A stretch of 64,000 nt of DNA, taken from assembly GCA_051251855.1 (NCBI GenBank), contig JBPOGI010000002.1:288001-352000 (forward strand). Reading direction: 5' to 3'. Made by a program: the position numbers and the translations under genes. This document shows positions 31,001 through 36,977 of the stretch, in pieces. Source of the stretch: Roseibacillus sp. (lineage in GTDB: Bacteria; Verrucomicrobiota; Verrucomicrobiia; Verrucomicrobiales; Akkermansiaceae). Positions within the stretch are counted from its first letter, which is position 1. Each line of letters opens with the position of its first letter. The notes under the pieces are model-generated. The model saw only the letters and a list, made by a program, of their open reading frames with translations. It did no database searches and was not told where the DNA came from.

Positions 31001-32960
31001 GATTCAGTTTGGCGAGCAGTTGAATGACCTGAAGGGATTTTCCGCCGAGGTCAGCAAAGCGGTCGTGGCGACCGATAGGTGAGAGATGAAGGACTTCGGT
31101 CCAAAGTGAGGCGATTGCTTTCTCAGTTTCGCCTTGAGGGGACGTGAAAAGTTCCGAGAGCTCGGGGCGGCTCGCTGCTTGGGCGCGAATGTCGCTCGTG
31201 ATTTTGTCGACAGAAGAGCGCATCGCGATAGTGCGGTAGTCCTCTGAGGAAACGAGATTGGTGGCGTATTTGGAAGAGCTGCTTTGTGAGGGGGTGGGGC
31301 TTGCTTTGGCTGCAGGTCGCTGGGTTGCGGATTGGGCGACTTTGAGAGGAAAGCGATAGATGATTTCGTTACCAGCAGATTGAGCGTGTTTGCTTCCGAT
31401 GCCGTCGAGAAAGCCTCTGGCTGGGGTGTTGCGGTCGGTGGGAAGGAAGGGGAAGTGGATTTCGGTAGCCTCTGTTTGCTTCGCACTCTTGACTAACTGA
31501 GCGAGGATTTTTTGCTCTACTCCTTTGCCAAGAACGCGGCAACTTAGGAGGAAGGAGTCGACGTGAAGAGCTTCGTCTTTGGTTTCGAAAACGACCAATC
31601 CTACAAGCCCGTAGTCACCAAAGCGGTCACTAACTTTGACCGCGAGAATCTCTTTGCCGTTTTGCGAAAGAGAGGTCACTTCGTCTTCTTGGCGACGAAT
31701 GGTGGTGGTGTTGAACTGGTTGGTGCGCTGAGTAAGCTGAGCCAACCGGCTTTTGTTCTCCGAGGTGAGACCTTCGAAGCGAACCTTGAGCTTGAGTTCT
31801 TGTAGGAACGTTTCGTAGCTGGTGGCTTGCTCGCGGACTTCTTCGCGGGCGAGCATGGTCTGATACATCGCAGTACGTTGACTGTCTTCCTTGGTAGAAG
31901 AGTTCGGGAGGTCCAAGCGCCAGTGATGCTTAAGCAGGGTGGGGAATTTCTCGGTGTCTTGGGGAAGGAGAATGGTAGTGACCGTGGGGAGGGCGGCGGC
32001 CACTTCGGCGATTTCCATGGGGTTGTCGTCGATGAAGACAAAGGAATCGAGGGCGAGATTGAGCTGCTCGGCGAGGGCGGCGATATTTTTGGACTTAGCC
32101 TCCCAGTTGACTTTCCAGCCCACGATGTCTTCTTCGCGAAGAATCATGCCGGAATTCTTTTGGAAAACCTCGCGAACGTCGCTCTCTTCGTTTTTGGAGG
32201 CGAGACAGAGAATCATTCCAGCATCCATGCGTGACTTGAGGAAGTATTGCAGAGCTGCGTAAGGTTTAGTTATTTCGAGTTGTTCGGCGCCAATTTCGGC
32301 TGCGACTCCGGGCCAGAGGGTGGAATCGGCATCGACGACGAGGACTTTGGCGGGAGGAACGAGAGTGGCGTGAATCCGCCGCGCGATGAGGGTGGCGAGA
32401 GCATGGAAGTAGTCGTCGCGGTAGGGGAGGTGACCTTCTTGATCGGCGATGGGATCGAGGATGTCTTCGACTGGGTAGGAGCTGAGGAGCTTTTTCTCAG
32501 AGACGATTTGAAGCTTTAGCGTGCGGCATTGTTCGACAATCTCCGTGGAGAGCTCTTGGACGAATGCTGCGAGGACGGGGTCTAGGGCGATGCCTTCCGA
32601 AGGCTCTGTGAGAATGATGAGGTATCGTGAAGGAGTGGGGCTGGCTTGGGAGCGCAGAATGTCGAGGAACTCGCGAGTGTTCTTGCGGAGCTCCTCCTTC
32701 CATTCGGATGAGCCGAGCTCCCCAAAGCGCTGCCAGTCCTCGGGACGAAGGAGAATAAGGTTGAGGCCGTTTTCGTTGCGATGGAAGGGGGAGTTGGGGT
32801 CGAGAAGGCTTTGAAAAACTTGGTTGTAGGGAGCGTAATTGATGTCCGCTGGGAGATGGAGGCGCTTGAACCAGTGGTTGAGGGCAGGGGTGAGCGGCTC
32901 TGCGGTGAAGGTGGCCGAGATTTCGAGAGAATATCGGGAGCTGGAGGGGGATAGGCTCAT
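22035..32960 (-). CDS. Hybrid PKS/NRPS: FkbH-ACP-KS-AT-ACP-aminotransferase(III)-C-A-PCP-TE
   Basis: FkbH: DADSTLW, FIDDNP, QRTNQFN, LLSCRV. ACP: LGGKSL. KS: TACS, HGTGT, GHL. AT: GHSVG, HGFH. ACP: GFDSL. AMT: FDEV, GKVIGGG. C: HHMVADG. A: TSGSTG, YGPTE, YRTGD. PCP: GGHSL. TE: GYCFG. Confidence 0.96.
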   Translation of the reverse strand: MSLSPSSSRYSLEISATFTAEPLTPALNHWFKRLHLPADINYAPYNQVFQSLLDPNSPFHRNENGLNLILLRPEDWQRFGELGSSEWKEELRKNTREFLDILRSQASPTPSRYLIILTEPSEGIALDPVLAAFVQELSTEIVEQCRTLKLQIVSEKKLLSSYPVEDILDPIADQEGHLPYRDDYFHALATLIARRIHATLVPPAKVLVVDADSTLWPGVAAEIGAEQLEITKPYAALQYFLKSRMDAGMILCLASKNEESDVREVFQKNSGMILREEDIVGWKVNWEAKSKNIAALAEQLNLALDSFVFIDDNPMEIAEVAAALPTVTTILLPQDTEKFPTLLKHHWRLDLPNSSTKEDSQRTAMYQTMLAREEVREQATSYETFLQELKLKVRFEGLTSENKSRLAQLTQRTNQFNTTTIRRQEDEVTSLSQNGKEILAVKVSDRFGDYGLVGLVVFETKDEALHVDSFLLSCRVLGKGVEQKILAQLVKSAKQTEATEIHFPFLPTDRNTPARGFLDGIGSKHAQSAGNEIIYRFPLKVAQSATQRPAAKASPTPSQSSSSKYATNLVSSEDYRTIAMRSSVDKITSDIRAQAASRPELSELFTSPQGETEKAIASLWTEVLHLSPIGRHDRFADLGGKSLQVIQLLAKLNRYFQKPLTAAELFQNSTVATQAKLLTEQEQAPAEQTSPAKDNDQSRDIAIVGMSCRLPESPNVQAFWQNLVDGKECLTQLTDEELLSANVDPAKVRNDPGYVPVKGLMENVENFDAKFFGVLPNEAKLMDPQHRVFLELAWDCLEDAGYNSEEYEGKIGLWAGNYLDTYALSNLATDREFLADWIPQIQVGTLQAELGNDKDYLATRVAFKLNLRGPAMTVQTACSTSLVAISTACQSLRANACDMAMAGGITITLPEKKGYYFTPDGILSQDGHCRTFDEQATGTVFSNGAGIVLLKRLDDALRDGDHIHAIIKGCALNNDGGRKHSYTAPSIDGQAGVIKDAIADAGIDPSTISYVEAHGTGTPLGDPIEVAGLTKAFRDLGVTHNQGCALGSVKPTVGHLDIASGVTATIKTAFSLEHGKIPATLHFQKANPKIDFASSPFHVNDSLTDWHPKDAPRRAGISSFGVGGTNAHVILEEPPEQESSTSLRPFQFFPLSARSDEALAQAKENFVNYGANNSSTNPADVAHTLRIGRKHFAKRQILVSDSLLSLDKARSVKGTPKQADAPLVFMFPGQGSQTVGMGRDLYQSEPYFRAELDRCAEILLPHLGEDLRDTLFPNPDADQEAAGLRIKQTIMAQPAIFVLSYCQARLLMHWGLQPTALVGHSVGELVAATISGILSLEDALSILAQRGALMQAVEKGGMLSVRLCEEKLTPLIPEKLDLAAVNGPELCVVAGPHDELEKFTALLTEQDIAAKPLHTSHGFHSWMMDGVIEPFQKVIEKAQLNPPSIPIRSTVTTEWLSDEQATDSHYWASHVRKTVRFTQAAGHFCESPETTLLEVGPGQTLSTLSRQVADKKAKQAIFSVSGHATDDASDALHFQLALGQLWIHGHTIDWKAYNGDEVRKRVPLPTYPFERKRFWIEPKSLAAELPSLPQAPQTLAAPAAPQPVAVTSPVPNQTVPTVMSTDRKPLIHERLCEVLNDLSGIETEEMEFEATLIELGFDSLMLTQVSKEIEKAFGVTTTMRQLLAELPTIGDIVNHLDNEADPSQFQPAAPAVEAPAEQAPQAALQQPALQQPFPTTTVAPGGDQAGMMAQMMNMQMQQMQFMQAQMQMLAGIPATPAAPTPPPQPAAAQIPAVPSPSATAQPSKAKENKPTSGTASGSTTTISRDADDSLTAQQREHIEQLVNSYVARTKSSKEWTAKYRRFHADPRTVSGFDRNWKEMIYQLVVEQSKGSRLLDIDGNEYIDILNGFGPGFFGHSPDFVLEAVQKQMMSGYEVGPQTPLAGETAQMFCEMTGNERCSFVCTGSEAVQAAMRLARTATGRDKIAVFTKDYHGNFDEVLLRGSQAKKKPRTFPSAPGVPKSAVSNMLVLDYGTEESMEILKEHAHELAAIMIEPVQSRRPEFQPKEFVKELRTLADDNDALLIFDEVICGLRDGPHGAQGFYGVKSDISTYGKVIGGGLPIGIVAGKAKYMDTFDGGHWEYGDDSFPEGDVTFFAGTFVRHPLGIAAAHAVLTHLKAQGPQLWADLNAKAERLYKTVDQFMVDNEVSIRLPGLNSRFFVRVGEDCKYGNLLFFHLRKRGVFILEGFPSYITTTHTDEDIDYVIRAFKEAVAELQAAGFLKETEALKINSEPQLTGPSPRLGKGTAQPLPVPAPVAPPAAPKKHTELPLTEAQQEIWLACQLGHEASCAFNEATSLIFDGPLDSSALEKALNTAVNHHDALRSTFDLDGNTWEIADKVQVPFKFRDISSFSEDDKAEAIRLATQTQAFTPFDLDKAPLVRAKLSKVSETRHILFLTAHHMVADGWSFNVLIENLSDCYNAFSQGQSNPLTPSASFANYALARAEREQSNTPDPHLDYWVSQYPDTVPLLNLPTDRPFPNHRTFSGSTLHENIDADLLKKLRKAGAKSGATLYATTLSAFSILLNRLTGQGDLVIGIPAAGQSSQGLENLVGHCVNFLPLRAKVAPSQPFSELVKDIASRVLEAYEHQDCTYGQLVPKLQLQRRPGRMPLTEVGFNLERMDYFKPFDGLETEFLDSPKSFVNQLLFLNLVESKNGVSIECHFNTAVFEHSTVESWMKQYRGILEEIANKPEGPTRKELPAPAPETMGRPLPLSANNTTDYPRTSTVQQLFEEVAATYPERTALQMRDWSMSYQTLNRLANRLAVQLREAGVKASQPIPVVLDRSFDFIISALAVMKAGGAYLPIDPCYPVERITSLLDQTDAPVLLTRSNYQEQVTSFSGKVISVDEVLNDEDANDSGTSNLPLKNGPTDLAYLMFTSGSTGNAKGVEVTHRGIVRLVRNTNYAQLDENQVYLQASSLSFDASTFEIWAPLLNGGKLVLLPPGAPSLDTIASHIRDYDISTLWLTSGLFQLMVDENLEVLRPLKQLLAGGDVLSKHHVAKVLNQLPNLKLINGYGPTENTTFTCCHTITSADLENASVPIGKPISNTEVYLLDKQFNPLPPMSEGELYIGGDGLARGYYQNEALTAERFIDNPFSSENDSKLYRTGDRARYRPDGVIEFLGRTDNEVKIRGFRIDPAEIEEALCRHHDVTQARVVAQGENAEEKTLVAYLTSQDTDLTEADAKIFLQSFLPGHLIPSRIVLVETIPVTENGKVDDRALLQLESYDAPAQESERAPQGETETRMAAIWSKVLGTADLPVNRSFFDLGGHSLQALKLFNQIDKEFGKKLPLSTLFEAPTIEQLAARFAPREPVEATPASLTALHKKGEKSPLFCIHGGDGGTLIYRQLSDGLAKDRPFYTLEAPALSGEGDVAPTIEETAKTYLKQIKTVQAEGPYLLGGYCFGGIVVYEIAQQLKAAGDEVELLCLFDTDNPSVAPRYLSLAERASRQWSENSDRSWVGRVGKLSGRFGEGLVNKLKVQSEKAAASVATSTGMDVGPKIQTVIVREAHDKAMRRYSPKAYDGDVVLFTAEDQGDGVIYPPHLGWEGYVRGDLKVITIPGEHLTIFQEPHVTTLAAKLRGFLGNRV

Positions 32961-32963
32961 GAA

Positions 32964-33755
32964 CTAGAGGATGTTTTGGACGCCGATGTTGACGGGATCG
33001 TGGCGATCATTACTGGCAGGGAAGTCTTGCCGCCATTTTCGGACAGAGGCGAGGTCGAGAGGTGCGGAAAGGATTTCGACGGAACCACTGCCCTCTGCGA
33101 GTACTTCGCCTTTGGGATCGACGATGAGAGAGCAGCCAGGGAAGTCGAGATTCGGATCGGAACCCACGCGATTGACGCCGATAACGTAGGCTTGGTTCTC
33201 GATGGCGCGTGCTTTAAGCAGGGTGACCCAGTGTTCGACGCGAGGAGTAGGCCAATTGGCGAGGACGATGAGAAGCTCGGCAGCAGGAGTGGCGAGGCGA
33301 AAAATTTCGGGGAAGCGTAGATCGTAGCAGACGAAGGGAGCGAGGGTCCAGTCGCCGAGCGGCATCGTTTTGACCCAAGAACCAAAAGAGCCAGCATCTT
33401 TCTCACCAGAGGGGGTGAAAGGGTGGATTTTGGCATAATCGCCGACTACTTTCCCAGATGAGTCGATGAGGATGGCCTCGTTGGTGAGGAGATTTTCACG
33501 ATTGGAGACCATTCCGGCTATGATTGCGGCTTGGTATTTTTGGGCGATTTTGGAGAGAAAATCGAGTGTGGGTGAGTTGGCCGGGGTTTCAGCAATCTTT
33601 GCGAAATCCATGCTGAATCCTGTCGCAAACATCTCAGGGAGAACGATTAAGGAGTTTGGTTCAATTTTTTGGCCAGACAGTAGGTTCTCCAAGATCTCGA
33701 AGTTCGAGGCCTTGTCTTCCCAAATGGGATTAAGCTGACAGCAGTATACGCGCAC
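32964..33755 (-). CDS. Carbon-nitrogen hydrolase (omega-amidase/YafV/Nit2-like)
   Basis: E-K-C triad: LPEMF, YAKIHPF, VCYDLRFPE; ARAIENQ. Ends 3 nt before the megasynthase ATG. Confidence 0.92.
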   Translation of the reverse strand: MRVYCCQLNPIWEDKASNFEILENLLSGQKIEPNSLIVLPEMFATGFSMDFAKIAETPANSPTLDFLSKIAQKYQAAIIAGMVSNRENLLTNEAILIDSSGKVVGDYAKIHPFTPSGEKDAGSFGSWVKTMPLGDWTLAPFVCYDLRFPEIFRLATPAAELLIVLANWPTPRVEHWVTLLKARAIENQAYVIGVNRVGSDPNLDFPGCSLIVDPKGEVLAEGSGSVEILSAPLDLASVRKWRQDFPASNDRHDPVNIGVQNIL

Positions 33756-33783
33756 GGAGAGTCGGGACAGAATTACCGTGATG

Positions 33784-33818
33784 ATTATAGTTTAATGACA
33801 GAAGAATTAAACTATAAT
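33784..33818. promoter_or_regulatory. Perfect 13-bp inverted repeat (candidate operator) upstream of the amidase-PKS/NRPS operon
   Basis: attatagtttaat-N9-attaaactataat, 28 nt upstream of GTG 33755. Confidence 0.55.
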
Positions 33819-33913
33819 TGAGTGTTTTTTGAAGCGAGCCCTGTCAGCGAGGAAGGCAGGTGTCAGAAGGGGCTCTCAGAATAGTGAGTTTAGCTCTCTC
33901 TAAGTTATTCGTG

Positions 33914-34597
33914 CTAAGCTAAATGAAGCGTCGAATGGTGCAACTTGGGTTCGTGGGAAAGGTTGGGAAATTCTTCCCAATAGTTCCATGCGATTTCGGT
34001 GTCGGTGACCTTGAGATATGAGCGAGACCATGTCTGAGCGTCGGGTCGGTTCATGCGTACGGTGAAGGCGGAAAGAGGGGTCTGCTGGGGGTTCTGAAAG
34101 TTCTCAAGGTTGTTGCTTTCTTGAAATGCTTTTTGGCGAGCGGCTCTTACCTTTTCGAAACAAAAGGAGGAGCTGGTGACCGGAATCTGAGGTTGGAACG
34201 TGTTCAAGGTTTTCCCGCTCCAGCTAAAGGCTGCGACCTTACCTTTCTGAAAGAAGACGAGGTCAAAAGGTTTGGCTCCGGAGCACTTGGCTGAGAAGTT
34301 TTCTCGGATACTCGCGAATGACTTACAATCTGCGAGTTCCGTGACAACAAGTCCTCTGCTTTTTGAAAAAAACTGGCCGCTTTCCTCGTGCCAGCGGTTG
34401 AGAAGACAGGCGACCAAGCCATGCTCGTTAGCCAGTATCCAAGTGCCGCCCGCCTCTGGGTCGGTGGGTGCCAGATAGCGGGTGCCATTTTCAGTTTTAC
34501 GAGCGCTGGGGGGCTCAGCTCGACGGCGTGTTTTCAGCTCGTCTCGATTAAAAAAGACTTCGAGGCTATCTTGGCCGCGCCAAGTGAGTGTACACAT
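33914..34597 (-). CDS. NRDE/TANGO2-family protein (Ntn-hydrolase-like)
   Basis: MCT start, FNRDE, GGTW and SRG motifs. Confidence 0.88.
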   Translation of the reverse strand: MCTLTWRGQDSLEVFFNRDELKTRRRAEPPSARKTENGTRYLAPTDPEAGGTWILANEHGLVACLLNRWHEESGQFFSKSRGLVVTELADCKSFASIRENFSAKCSGAKPFDLVFFQKGKVAAFSWSGKTLNTFQPQIPVTSSSFCFEKVRAARQKAFQESNNLENFQNPQQTPLSAFTVRMNRPDAQTWSRSYLKVTDTEIAWNYWEEFPNLSHEPKLHHSTLHLA

Positions 34598-34639
34598 TCT
34601 TTAAGGGGGAAGCCGTGTTTTGGCTTACCTTTGAGAGTA

Positions 34640-34903
34640 TTATTGAGCGAAGGGGTCTGCGACTTCCACTTTAGGAGCTTCCGCTTCTGGCTCTTCAGGT
34701 TCGCTTTTTTCGGTGTTGCCGACCGGCAACGCTGCGCCTGCTTTTCCTCATGTGCTCCCGCCCGGGGAGTTTCCAGAAGACATTCATGTAGAGACGCCCA
34801 TAGAAGGCAGAATCCACAACTGAGCAGCGAAATAGAGCCCGACGATAGCCACGAGGGCAAGAACGCCGGTGAGACTGCTTCCTCTTTGGTTCATTGTATT
34901 CAT
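34640..34903 (-). CDS. Candidate small membrane selenoprotein, 87 aa with two in-frame UGA (U40, U52)
   Basis: MNTMNQRGSSLTGVLALVAIVGLYFAAQLWILPSMGVST-U-MSSGNSPGGST-U-GKAGAALPVGNTEKSEPEEPEAEAPKVEVADPFAQ-TAA; a hairpin follows each TGA. Confidence 0.75.
34715..34730 (-). promoter_or_regulatory. SECIS-like hairpin for the second UGA (34748-34750)
   Basis: GUUGCC-GGUC-GGCAAC, starting 17 nt after the UGA; resembles the E. coli fdhF SECIS apical part GUUGC-AGGUCU-GCAC. Confidence 0.72.
34755..34769 (-). promoter_or_regulatory. SECIS-like hairpin for the first UGA (34784-34786)
   Basis: CUCCC-CGGGC-GGGAG, starting 14 nt after the UGA; G-rich apical loop. Confidence 0.6.
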
Positions 34904-34971
34904 CTCAGGTAGGATAGTCGGGATTCGAAATTATTCCCGTTAAAAGTGCGATCTAATTGTCTGGGAGGGAT

Positions 34972-35382
34972 TTAGGCCGATGCACACTTATTACATTTAA
35001 GGTCGAAGCTCCAAGAGCCTGCGCCTTTCCAAATTACAAAAATGGAGAGGGCAATGAGGAGGAGAGGCAGGGCTAAGGGTGGTTCATCAGCCCAATCGTA
35101 GACGAGGTGAGTGTAGGTTGCCATTCCCATGGCTGGAATGGTGAGAGCTGCACCCACTCTGGCAAAATAGCCGGATACGAGAAGTGCTCCTGCTAGGAGC
35201 TGGAGGACGGGGCCAACAATGGCATTGAGTTCGGGAAAGGGGACCCCAGCGCCTCGCAAGATGGGCTCCAGGGGAGCAATACCAATGAGATGCTGGCTGC
35301 TGATGGCTAGGAGGGGAACAGCGATGAGGATGCGCGCAATGGCGGCTGATTTCTGGTTGGTGGTTTGGGTAATCTGTTTCAT
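34972..35382 (-). CDS. DoxX-family membrane protein with C-terminal CxxC
   Basis: ARILIA, four TMs, GAGSWSFD motif; ends LKCNKCASA. Confidence 0.85.
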   Translation of the reverse strand: MKQITQTTNQKSAAIARILIAVPLLAISSQHLIGIAPLEPILRGAGVPFPELNAIVGPVLQLLAGALLVSGYFARVGAALTIPAMGMATYTHLVYDWADEPPLALPLLLIALSIFVIWKGAGSWSFDLKCNKCASA

Positions 35383-35483
35383 GTTCACAGGGAAGAAGCG
35401 CGAACTTGGGCCTTTATTCCTTCTAACCACTCAGGCCTTGCGAATTCCGTTCATTTCGGGCAGAGTGCTTTTATTACGTAGTT

Positions 35484-36953
35484 ATGGAAATTTTGATAAA
35501 CTTAATCGCCATTGTGGTGGTTGTCCTCTTGTTCAACTTCATGATCTTCATTCATGAACTGGGCCATTTTTTAGCTGCCAAGTGGCGGGGATTAGAAGTC
35601 GAGAAGTTCTATATTTGGTTCGGAAAACCTCTTTGGAAAAAAACGATTGGCGGAGTGGAGTATGGCATCGGAAGTATTCCCGCAGGGGGATATGTGGCCT
35701 TGCCGCAAATGGCACCAATGGAGGCGATTGAAGGAGGAGATTCCGAGCGACGAAAGCAGCTTCCTCCCATCAAGCCGATTGATAAAATTATCGTCGCGTT
35801 CGCGGGACCGCTTTTTAGTTTCCTACTGGCCTTTGCGGCTGCGTGTGCAGTCTGGGTGTTTGGTAAACCTGCGGATACGGTTCATTCAACAGTGGTTGGC
35901 TACATTCAGGAGGGCAGCCCAGCAGAAAAATCGGGTATTGAGCTTGGAGACAAGATCGTTGCAGTGGATGGAGAAAAGGTCGGGCGCTTTTTGGGAGGCT
36001 TGGATGGTCTGAGTGAAAAGATTATGCTCAGCAAGAACAAGTCGGTGGAGATCACGATCTTACGTGATGGTGTCGAGAAGACGGTGACCTCTACTTTTCT
36101 GGTTGATGATACTTCTTGGTGGCAGCGTCGCGCGATGCGTCGGATTGGGGTGAGCTATGCCGATCCGCTTGTTATCGAAAATATTGAGAAGGAGAGTCCC
36201 GCTGAGCGAGCTGGTTTTCAAAAGGGGGATATCGTGGAAACAATCAATGGAGTGAGAATTTATAGTGTCCCGCAGATGAGCGATTTGCTGAAGGCGAACA
36301 TCGGAAAGAACGTGAACCTAGTGGTGCAGCGGGCTGGGGAGGACGTGGCGATTACGGTTGATTCGGTAGTGCCCAATGACAAGGTGACGGGTAAGGCGCA
36401 TCCTGATGGCCGCGCCATGATCGGAGCAAGATTTGAAACAGCCTTCGACCTTTCCCTAGTGAAGCCAAGTCCGGGTGAACAGGTAAAGGAAGGTTTGTTG
36501 TTGATGTTGACGACCTTGCAAGCAATCACCGCCAAGAATTCTAACGTTGGGATTCAGCATCTGAGCGGACCAGTAGGAATCGGTCATGCCATGTTTGGAT
36601 TCATTCGCACCGACGAGGCCTTGCGGCGAATTCTGTGGTTCATGGTGGTGCTTAACATCAATCTCGCGATTATGAATATGCTGCCTCTTCCTGTCCTGGA
36701 TGGTGGACATATTGTGCTGGCGATTGGCGAGCAGATTATGGGGCGTCCTGTGCAGTTGCGTCTCCTTGAAATTATTCAGACTGGCTTCGTTGTCGTTCTA
36801 TTGACCCTCTTTGTTTACATTACGAGTAAGGATATCGGCGGGCTAATACCTGGAGCCAAGGAAGAGCCTTGGGGTGAAAGAGGAATCGTCTGGCCCATTT
36901 TGACACCGACTGAACCAGCTCTCAATGGAGAGCTTTCCCCTACGTCGGAATAA
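35484..36953 (+). CDS. rseP: RIP metalloprotease RseP (site-2 protease with two PDZ domains)
   Basis: HELGH, AGP, two SPAE.AG PDZ domains, NMLPLPVLDGGH. Confidence 0.95.
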   Translation: MEILINLIAIVVVVLLFNFMIFIHELGHFLAAKWRGLEVEKFYIWFGKPLWKKTIGGVEYGIGSIPAGGYVALPQMAPMEAIEGGDSERRKQLPPIKPIDKIIVAFAGPLFSFLLAFAAACAVWVFGKPADTVHSTVVGYIQEGSPAEKSGIELGDKIVAVDGEKVGRFLGGLDGLSEKIMLSKNKSVEITILRDGVEKTVTSTFLVDDTSWWQRRAMRRIGVSYADPLVIENIEKESPAERAGFQKGDIVETINGVRIYSVPQMSDLLKANIGKNVNLVVQRAGEDVAITVDSVVPNDKVTGKAHPDGRAMIGARFETAFDLSLVKPSPGEQVKEGLLLMLTTLQAITAKNSNVGIQHLSGPVGIGHAMFGFIRTDEALRRILWFMVVLNINLAIMNMLPLPVLDGGHIVLAIGEQIMGRPVQLRLLEIIQTGFVVVLLTLFVYITSKDIGGLIPGAKEEPWGERGIVWPILTPTEPALNGELSPTSE

Positions 36954-36977
36954 TTTCGACTCGTATCATCTGTTCCC

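Noticed and set aside
34850..34894. Prepilin-like QRG/SSL motif at the selenopeptide N-terminus
   Set aside because: Lacks Phe+1 and Glu+5; not enough to call a pilin.
34640..34903. Pseudogene or UGA-reassigned code as explanation for the two TGAs
   Set aside because: Two TGAs in the same context, each with a properly spaced hairpin, are unlikely by decay, and TGA ends other genes here. Not fully excluded without selABCD evidence.
34388..34912. ORF-track calls 34534-34860 (-) and 34388-34912 (+)
   Set aside because: They overlap the NRDE gene and look non-protein-like; the UGA-readthrough frame explains the region better.
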